Shown here piece after piece: positions 1 to 5,301 of a DNA stretch of 24,760 nt (positions within the stretch are counted from its first letter, which is position 1; the number at the start of each line of letters is the position of its first letter). Source of the DNA: an uncultured Gammaproteobacteria bacterium (lineage in GTDB: Bacteria; Patescibacteriota; Patescibacteriia; UBA2591; UBA6264); the NCBI GenBank assembly GCA_964507075.1, contig CAZDOL010000002.1, forward strand, positions 47,465-72,224. The letters run 5' to 3'. A model generated the notes under the pieces. It had not been told where the DNA came from, made no database searches, and was given only the letters and a program-made list of their open reading frames with translations. The position numbers were made by a program, and so were the translations under genes.

Positions 1-126
1 TTTATATACAATAAATATTTAATTTCAAGGTTCTCGCCATGGGCGAGGTTCTTATAATTAAATTACCTTAATTTATATACAATAAATATTTAATTTCAAG
101 GTTCTCGCCATGGGCGAGGTTCTTAT
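1..126. repeat. Direct duplication of a ~55-bp unit (1-55 and 72-126, 71-bp period). Each copy carries a 6-bp-stem hairpin CTCGCC-ATG-GGCGAG. Copy 1 may continue upstream of the window.
   Basis: Bases 1-55 and 72-126 are identical by eye. The hairpin lies at 33-47 and again at 104-118. The spacer at 56-71 is AATTAAATTACCTTAA. Confidence 0.85.
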
Positions 127-195
127 CTTAGCACAATGAACCCCAAATTACAATTGGACTATTGGCAAGTTTCAAAAAGGTGGTATTATTAAAAT

Positions 196-1572
196 ATGGT
201 AAAAAACAAAAAGATACAATTTTTTGTTATTTCATTAATGGTTATTTCTTTGGTTAGTTCTGGTTTTGGTTGTAAATGCGTATCTAACGAAATGAAAGAA
301 AAAATTAAGCCGATAAATTTAGTTTATTGGCGAGCTCAAGATGGCAAGGATGCTTTTTCAGAAATAATCCAGAGATTTCAAAAACTTTATCCACATATTT
401 CTATTACCTATAATTTAATTCGTGCCGAAGAATATGAACAAGCTCTTTTAGAGGCTTGGGCTGAAGACAGGGGTCCGGATATTTTTTCTATTCCTAAAAA
501 TTGGTTAGGGAAATATCAGTCTAAGATTTTGCCTTTAGGGTTTTCTCAAGAGATAATAATGGCCCGTCAGATTATGGCAGGGACAATCAAAAAAGAACCT
601 AAGATTGTACAAGAAAAGAAAAAAGCATTAGATTTAAGAGAACTAAAGGAGATTTTTGTAGAAACAGTTTCTAATGATGTCTTAATTGATAATAAGATTT
701 ATGGTTTACCGTTGTCTTTAGATGTTTTGGCCCTTTATTATAATCGTGATCTTTTGAATGAGGCGGGTATTGTCAGTCCGCCACAAACATGGCAAGAGTT
801 TATAGACCAAGTTAGGATATTAAATCTTTGGGATGCTTATGGAAATTTTATTCGTTCTGGAGTTTCTTTAGGGACAGCTAACAATATTGAAAATTATACA
901 GATATTTTATCTTTATTGATGTTTCAAAATGGCACTTCCATAGTTAACGAAAAAGGGCAGGCAATTTTTGATCAACCACTTTTGGATGATAAAACCTATT
1001 TTCCAGGACAAGAAGCCCTTCGTTTTTATCTTAGTTTCGCTAACCCTTCTCAAGAGATTTATAGCTGGAATGAAAAAATGCCTGATTCAACGAGCGCTTT
1101 TACCCAGGGTTTAACTGCTTTTTTGTTCGGCTATTCTGATTATTTACCATTAATAAAAGAGCAGGCTCCTAAATTGAATTTTGACATTATTAAAACGCCT
1201 CAAATTAGTAGTTCATTAAAAGAAGTAAATTATGCTAATTATTGGTTGGAAACAGTTTCCAAAAAAACAAAACATCCACACGAAGCTTGGGCTTTTGTTT
1301 TACACGCTACTGAAGCGCAGAATGCTAAGACTTTTGTGGAAAGAGCGAAAAGACCAACTGCTCATAGAAGTTTAATCCAATTTCAATTAGAGGATTTTGA
1401 TTTAATTCCTTTTGCTTCCAGCGTTTTAACTGCTAAAACCTGGTATCAAGGAAAAAAATATTCTTTAGCAAAAGAGTCTTTCAAAGAAATGATAGAAAGC
1501 GTTTTATTTGGACAAAAAACAATCCAAGAGGCGATTAAATATTGTGTTCAAAGAGTTAACTTAACAAATTAA
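196..1572 (+). CDS. ABC transporter extracellular solute-binding protein (family-1/MalE-like, probably sugar-binding), lipoprotein-type signal
   Basis: ATG start. The N-terminal hydrophobic segment ends in SSGFGC (lipobox-like). LVYWRAQDG...FQKLYPHISI...GPDIFSIP..WLGKY and the later IYGLPLSLDVLALYYNRDLL are typical SBP_bac_1-type sequence. No permease or ATPase gene lies downstream in the window. Confidence 0.8.
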   Translation: MVKNKKIQFFVISLMVISLVSSGFGCKCVSNEMKEKIKPINLVYWRAQDGKDAFSEIIQRFQKLYPHISITYNLIRAEEYEQALLEAWAEDRGPDIFSIPKNWLGKYQSKILPLGFSQEIIMARQIMAGTIKKEPKIVQEKKKALDLRELKEIFVETVSNDVLIDNKIYGLPLSLDVLALYYNRDLLNEAGIVSPPQTWQEFIDQVRILNLWDAYGNFIRSGVSLGTANNIENYTDILSLLMFQNGTSIVNEKGQAIFDQPLLDDKTYFPGQEALRFYLSFANPSQEIYSWNEKMPDSTSAFTQGLTAFLFGYSDYLPLIKEQAPKLNFDIIKTPQISSSLKEVNYANYWLETVSKKTKHPHEAWAFVLHATEAQNAKTFVERAKRPTAHRSLIQFQLEDFDLIPFASSVLTAKTWYQGKKYSLAKESFKEMIESVLFGQKTIQEAIKYCVQRVNLTN

Positions 1573-1612
1573 GAACATTAGAACATGGGAACATTAGAAC
1601 ATGGGAACATTA
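1573..1612 (+). repeat. Five tandem octamers: GAACATTA GAACATGG GAACATTA GAACATGG GAACATTA (a 16-bp unit x2.5)
   Basis: Read directly from the sequence. The array starts one base after the SBP stop codon and contains the ATG (1585) of the next ORF. A second ATG at 1601 is out of frame. Confidence 0.9.
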
Positions 1613-2265
1613 CATCAAAGAAAAAGAAAATTATTTTTGCTATATTTATATTTGCCCTTTTGTTTTTTGTATTGAATGCTGATGTAGTAAAAGCAGAAGG
1701 TTCATCTGGTCCTTGTAATGAGTTCTGCGGAAGAGAATGTCCTACACTTCAGATTGACGGAGAAGATTTTGACTATGGTTGTCGCAAAATTGGCCTTAAA
1801 AGCGACGGGGCAACTGCTTTATGTAGTTGTTGCCAATGCACTTTTATTGATTTGAGTAAAAACAAAAATGTAGTATGTGATTGCAATTGTCAAGATGAGA
1901 ACAAGATTAAAGATTGTTATGTTGGTGGTTTGTTTGGAGGTTGGCGCACCGCTGTTTGTTCATGTTGCGGAGATTGCACCCTAAATGATTTATTGTACAT
2001 TGGTGTTAGTATAGCTGAGTTAATTTTAAAGTATTTAGGAGTCATTGCCTTGTTTATTTTTATTCTGGGTGGTATAATTTGGATAACCTCTGGGGGAGCT
2101 CAAGAGAAAGTTAAAAAAGGAACAGCCATTATTAAAGGAGCAATTATTGGCATAATAATTGTTATAACTGCCTTTTTGGTAGTTAGGGTAATTATGAGAG
2201 ACATACTGAAGGTGGATTCAGAATACTTGCCTGAATCAAGTAGTCGAGAGTATAAAATTTCTTAG
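1585..2265 (+). CDS. Chimeric T4SS-type (TrbC/VirB2-like) pilin with a Cys-rich N-terminal extracellular module
   Basis: Signal/TM segment KKKKIIFAIFIFALLFFVLNADVVKAEG, then ~90 aa with 16 Cys by hand count. This part includes a duplicated motif (ALCSCCQCTFIDL / AVCSCCGDCTLNDL). The C-terminus has the pilin core LGVIALFIFILGGIIWITSGGAQEKVKKG plus a second TM helix, shared with the four ORFs downstream. Confidence 0.7.
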   Translation: MGTLEHGNITSKKKKIIFAIFIFALLFFVLNADVVKAEGSSGPCNEFCGRECPTLQIDGEDFDYGCRKIGLKSDGATALCSCCQCTFIDLSKNKNVVCDCNCQDENKIKDCYVGGLFGGWRTAVCSCCGDCTLNDLLYIGVSIAELILKYLGVIALFIFILGGIIWITSGGAQEKVKKGTAIIKGAIIGIIIVITAFLVVRVIMRDILKVDSEYLPESSSREYKIS

Positions 2266-2287
2266 TAAATATAGACAAATTTGGTAT

Positions 2288-2629
2288 ATGGATAAAAAAC
2301 ATTTTATTTTTATTATTATCTTAATTGGTGTTTTTGCTATAAGTTATGTTTCCTGTGCTGCTGAAACGGTTAAGCTCCCAAATCCTTTAGAGGGAAAAGA
2401 CGATATTCCCATTTTAGTAGGCAATATTATTAATTATGTTTTGGGAATTCTTGGAGTTTTGGCTTTGGTTATGTTTATTTATGGTGGTTTAACTTGGATG
2501 ACCTCTGAAGGATCGCCAGATAAAATAAAGAAAGGCAAAGACACCCTTATATGGGCAATATTAGGTTTGGCTTTAATTTTTTTCAGTTATTCTCTTTTGG
2601 ATTTTGTTCTCGCAGCATTACAGCAATAG
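2288..2629 (+). CDS. T4SS-type (TrbC/VirB2-like) pilin paralog
   Basis: Signal peptide, then core LGVLALVMFIYGGLTWMTSEGSPDKIKKGKDTLIWAILGLALIFFSY. This is two TM helices joined by a W-M-T-S-x-G-x3-K loop. Confidence 0.75.
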   Translation: MDKKHFIFIIILIGVFAISYVSCAAETVKLPNPLEGKDDIPILVGNIINYVLGILGVLALVMFIYGGLTWMTSEGSPDKIKKGKDTLIWAILGLALIFFSYSLLDFVLAALQQ

Positions 2630-2644
2630 GATGATTTAATGGCT

Positions 2645-2672
2645 GGGGGTTGACCCCCACACCATAACAAGG
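2645..2672. repeat. Palindromic repeat, right-arm copy: GGGGG-TTGA-CCCCC hairpin followed by ACACCATAACAAGG
   Basis: CCCCCACACCATAACAAGG (2654-2672) is the reverse complement of CCTTGTTTGGTGTGGGGGG (2942-2960), apart from one indel. Confidence 0.85.
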
Positions 2673-2681
2673 ATAGAAATT

Positions 2682-2939
2682 ATGTTCTATACTTATATTA
2701 TAAAAAGCATTAAAGATAACGATTGTTATATCGGTTATACATCTGATCTTCAAAAAAGACTTAAAGAACATAATTCTAAATTAAATAAATCAACTAAACA
2801 TAGGACTCCTTTTAAAATTATTTATTACGAAGCTTATGCCTCTAAAGATGACGCTACAAGAAGAGAGCATAACCTTAAATTAAGGGCTAGAGCTTTTAGG
2901 CAATTAAAATTGAGAATTAAAAAAAGCTTAGAGAATTAA
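2682..2939 (+). CDS. Small GIY-YIG nuclease superfamily protein (UPF0213/YhbQ-like, 85 aa)
   Basis: MFYTYIIKS...DCYIGYTSDLQKRLKEHN...YYEAY....A..RE..LK. This gives the GIY/YIG-type strands plus the conserved Arg/Glu pattern of the minimal GIY-YIG domain. Confidence 0.8.
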   Translation: MFYTYIIKSIKDNDCYIGYTSDLQKRLKEHNSKLNKSTKHRTPFKIIYYEAYASKDDATRREHNLKLRARAFRQLKLRIKKSLEN

Positions 2940-2941
2940 AT

Positions 2942-2983
2942 CCTTGTTTGGTGTGGGGGGTTGCCCCCACACTAAACAGCAAT
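2942..2983. repeat. Full copy of the palindromic repeat: CCTTGTTTGGTGTGGGGGG-TTG-CCCCCACACTAAACAGCAAT
   Basis: Self-complementary, with roughly 16-bp arms and mismatches. Its left arm pairs with 2654-2672 and its right arm with 3078-3098. Confidence 0.85.
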
Positions 2984-3077
2984 AATGCTCTTTTGCATTT
3001 TTAAGTTCCCTTAAGGTAAAGTAATTTTTTACCACAAATAGATTAAATCGTATGGCGGCGATTCGCATTGAAAATGC

Positions 3078-3104
3078 ATTGCTGTTATAGTGTGGGGGTT
3101 GACA
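3078..3104. repeat. Palindromic repeat, left-arm copy: ATTGCTGTTATAGTGTGGGGG-TTGAC, truncated before the C5 arm
   Basis: The reverse complement, CCCCCACACTATAACAGCAAT, matches 2964-2983 apart from one indel. Confidence 0.85.
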
Positions 3105-3127
3105 TTTTTTTAAATTGTTTTTATATT
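3099..3127 (+). promoter_or_regulatory. Sigma70-like promoter candidate: TTGACA (3099-3104), 17-bp spacer, TATATT (3122-3127)
   Basis: Near-consensus hexamers at optimal spacing, ~50 bp upstream of the ATG at 3176. The -35 hexamer is contributed by the truncated palindromic repeat. Confidence 0.5.
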
Positions 3128-3175
3128 ATTAAATAATAGGTCGAATAATTAATTATCCTCTCTAATCATAGAGAA

Positions 3176-3565
3176 ATGAAAAATTGCAATAAAAAATTTT
3201 TGTCTTTCTTCATTATAATATCCTTGTCTTTGTTGCTTTTTTTTCCTTTACTGACCAGAACTAATGCTGTTAGTCTTGATGAGGAATTAGAAGGCTTTAG
3301 GAAAGGGGCTACATTAGGGGAAGCTAGTTTAGGAACAGTTATTGGAAAAGTGGTTAAGGGCGCTTTGGGTATTTTTGGTTTAGTTTGTTTGGTTATTTTT
3401 ATTATGGCTGGTTTCCAATGGATGAATTCCGGAGGACATAAAGAAAAAATTGCTGGTGCGCAAAAATCAATGGGCGCAGCTATTCTTGGCATGATTATTA
3501 TAATTGCCGCTTATGCAGCAGTGGATTTTATTACCAAAGCTTTATCTACGGTTACCGCTAAATAA
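3176..3565 (+). CDS. T4SS-type (TrbC/VirB2-like) pilin paralog
   Basis: Signal peptide ending TRTNA, then core FGLVCLVIFIMAGFQWMNSGGHKEKIAGAQKSMGAAILGMIIIIAAYAAVDFI. Confidence 0.75.
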   Translation: MKNCNKKFLSFFIIISLSLLLFFPLLTRTNAVSLDEELEGFRKGATLGEASLGTVIGKVVKGALGIFGLVCLVIFIMAGFQWMNSGGHKEKIAGAQKSMGAAILGMIIIIAAYAAVDFITKALSTVTAK

Positions 3566-3615
3566 CCAAAGTAGTATTCTTTCTCGATTAAAAAAGAGGA
3601 TAAAAGAGGTTTAAA

Positions 3616-3987
3616 ATGAAAAAATATTTACCTTTAATTGGCGTAGTATTAATGTTAGCTTTATTGGTTACTCCTGCTTTAGCACAAAATCTTGATAATG
3701 GTTTTATGATTGAATTTCAAGGTAATGCTGGGATTGGAGACAACACTATAGCTGAAGTTGTTGGTCAAGTAGTCAAAGCAGTTCTAAGTATTTTGGGTTT
3801 AGTAGCTTTAGTTATCTTTATAATTGCTGGTTTCCAATGGATGACATCTGGTGGTAATAAAGAAAAAATTCAGAGTGCGCAAAAATTAATGGGCGCAGCA
3901 GTAATTGGTTTGGTTATTATAATTATCGCCTATGCCGCTGCTTCTTTTATTATCAGTGCGTTAACTGATGTAACTGGGACGGCATAA
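3616..3987 (+). CDS. T4SS-type (TrbC/VirB2-like) pilin paralog, a close tandem duplicate of 3176-3565
   Basis: Signal peptide ending PALAQ, then core LGLVALVIFIIAGFQWMTSGGNKEKIQSAQKLMGAAVIGLVIIIIAYAAASFI. An AAAAGAGG motif occurs twice upstream and is SD-like. Confidence 0.75.
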   Translation: MKKYLPLIGVVLMLALLVTPALAQNLDNGFMIEFQGNAGIGDNTIAEVVGQVVKAVLSILGLVALVIFIIAGFQWMTSGGNKEKIQSAQKLMGAAVIGLVIIIIAYAAASFIISALTDVTGTA

Positions 3988-4023
3988 TTTATTCTTTAGA
4001 AATACGGTCAATTATTCAATTCT

Positions 4024-4458
4024 ATGGCTAGAAATTTTTCTTATCCAGAAAAAATATTTTCGGGTATTCTGTTAATTATTGTTCTAACTTTGATTTTTTG
4101 TAGCAGTCCAGTTTTAGCAGATAGTCCTCGAGACCAACTTAATGTTGTAGCTGGTCAAGTTGGCATCGCAACTACCAATTCTTTGGGTTATACATTTGGA
4201 CTTGTTTTTCAGAAAATATTGGGAGTAATGGGTTTGATTTTGTTGGTTTTATTTGTTATTGGTGGTATAACGTGGATGACTTCTGAGGGCAATGCAGAAA
4301 AACTAAAGAAAGCTAGGGGTTTATTGATTCATGCCATAATTGGTTTAATTATTATCTTAGTTTCTTATGCTTTGATTAATTTTGTGACCGAGAAACTGCA
4401 GGAAGTTGTTGATGCAAAAGAAATTCCTGCAACAGAAGTTCCTGCAACAGGTGATTAA
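4024..4458 (+). CDS. T4SS-type (TrbC/VirB2-like) pilin paralog with a short repeat tail
   Basis: Core MGLILLVLFVIGGITWMTSEGNAEKLKKARGLLIHAIIGLIIILVSYALINFV. The C-terminal tail EIPAT-EVPAT is encoded by two perfect TTCCTGCAACAG 12-mers (4424-4435 and 4439-4450). Confidence 0.75.
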   Translation: MARNFSYPEKIFSGILLIIVLTLIFCSSPVLADSPRDQLNVVAGQVGIATTNSLGYTFGLVFQKILGVMGLILLVLFVIGGITWMTSEGNAEKLKKARGLLIHAIIGLIIILVSYALINFVTEKLQEVVDAKEIPATEVPATGD

Positions 4459-4496
4459 ATAATAATTATTGATTATTCATATTTATTATATATATC

Positions 4497-4527
4497 AAAA
4501 ATATATCTGAATATCAGATATATTTTT
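4497..4527. terminator. Bidirectional intrinsic terminator between convergent genes
   Basis: Perfect 14-bp stem AAAAATATATCTGA / TCAGATATATTTTT with a 3-nt ATA loop. The A-run and T-run are built into the stem ends. It lies between the pilin stop (4458) and the GT2 stop (4554). Confidence 0.6.
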
Positions 4528-4553
4528 GTTTTGAATTGATTGATTATTAAATA

Positions 4554-5294
4554 TCAAAGAAGACGATATTTTAATCTAATTATTTCTTTTAGATACCCTA
4601 ATGCTGTTTTAATAATCTTAACTTTTGTTTTTCTTTCATTTTTATCTTCCCAATTAATTGGTATTTCTTTAATTTTGAGATTATGATGTCGAGCCAATAC
4701 TAAGAGTTCAGTGTCAAAGAAAAAACCATTGTTTTCAATTTTTGGGATAATTTTTTGAACAGCTGATTTGGAAAGCGCTTTAAATCCGCAATGGGTATCA
4801 GTTAATTTAATGTTAAAAAATATTTTAAGAATAAAATTATAGAATATAGAATACACAGAGCGCATTAGAGATCGTTTGCAGTGGCTTTGTTTCTGATATC
4901 GCGAGCCAATAGTTAAATCATATTTTTCTTTAATTATCCCTTTAATTAAGGGAAGTGTAAATTTTAGTTCAGTAGCCAAATCAGCATCCATAAAAATATT
5001 AACATCAACTAAATAATCCAGCCATGCTTTTTTAATAGCCAACCCCTTTTTATCAGGTTGTGATAAATGGAAGTATTCTAAATTAGAATATTTTTGTTTT
5101 TTTTGTTGGATTATTTTTATGGTTTTATCTGTTGAGCCGTTGTCAGCCACGATTATTTTCCATTTATATTCTTGAAGATTATTTTTACAAAAAATAAAAA
5201 GCTGATTAATTTTTTGCTCAATAATTTTTTCTTCATTATATGTTGGGATAACCACCAAAACGCTTTTCTTTTTTAGATTATGTTTAGTCTCCAT
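4554..5294 (-). CDS. Family-2 glycosyltransferase (polyprenol-phosphate sugar synthase / Dpm1-like)
   Basis: VVIPTYNEE...ADNGSTDKT...MDADLAT (DxD) plus a C-terminal amphipathic tail. This is a typical GT2 GT-A fold signature. Confidence 0.8.
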   Translation of the reverse strand: METKHNLKKKSVLVVIPTYNEEKIIEQKINQLFIFCKNNLQEYKWKIIVADNGSTDKTIKIIQQKKQKYSNLEYFHLSQPDKKGLAIKKAWLDYLVDVNIFMDADLATELKFTLPLIKGIIKEKYDLTIGSRYQKQSHCKRSLMRSVYSIFYNFILKIFFNIKLTDTHCGFKALSKSAVQKIIPKIENNGFFFDTELLVLARHHNLKIKEIPINWEDKNERKTKVKIIKTALGYLKEIIRLKYRLL

Positions 5295-5301
5295 ATTGTT
5301 T

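Larger units (their letters stand above)
2641..3104. mobile_element. Putative selfish or cassette-like insertion: a GIY-YIG ORF plus a 94-nt non-coding segment, each enclosed by arms of one palindromic repeat family
   Basis: The half-palindrome 2645-2672 pairs with 2942-2960. Segment 2964-2983 pairs with 3078-3098. The element sits inside an otherwise uniform pilin gene array. No target-site duplication was identified. Confidence 0.35.

Noticed and set aside
1-126. Possible CRISPR array (repeat-spacer-repeat)
   Set aside because: Only two copies are visible. The 'repeat' is 55 bp and the 'spacer' 16 bp, which is the wrong geometry for CRISPR, and no cas genes are present in the window.
3052-3090. 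12-codon ORF MAAIRIENALLL in the 94-nt stem-enclosed segment
   Set aside because: It is too short to support, has no RBS, and its stop lies within the repeat arm. It is recorded only because of its locally GC-richer codons.
2641-3104. Integron-type gene cassettes (attC-bounded) or a group I intron carrying a GIY-YIG homing endonuclease
   Set aside because: There is no integrase gene or GTTRRRY core sites, so the integron reading fails. The flanking pilin genes are intact rather than interrupted and no intron-like conserved core is evident, so the intron reading fails. The protein is the minimal GIY-YIG domain without a DNA-binding extension.
2583-3492. Minus-strand ORFs 2583-2771 (62 aa) and 3166-3492 (108 aa)
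   Set aside because: Each overlaps a well-supported plus-strand gene (pilin paralog or GIY-YIG) or the palindromic spacer. They have low-complexity composition and no recognisable motifs, so they are shadow ORFs.
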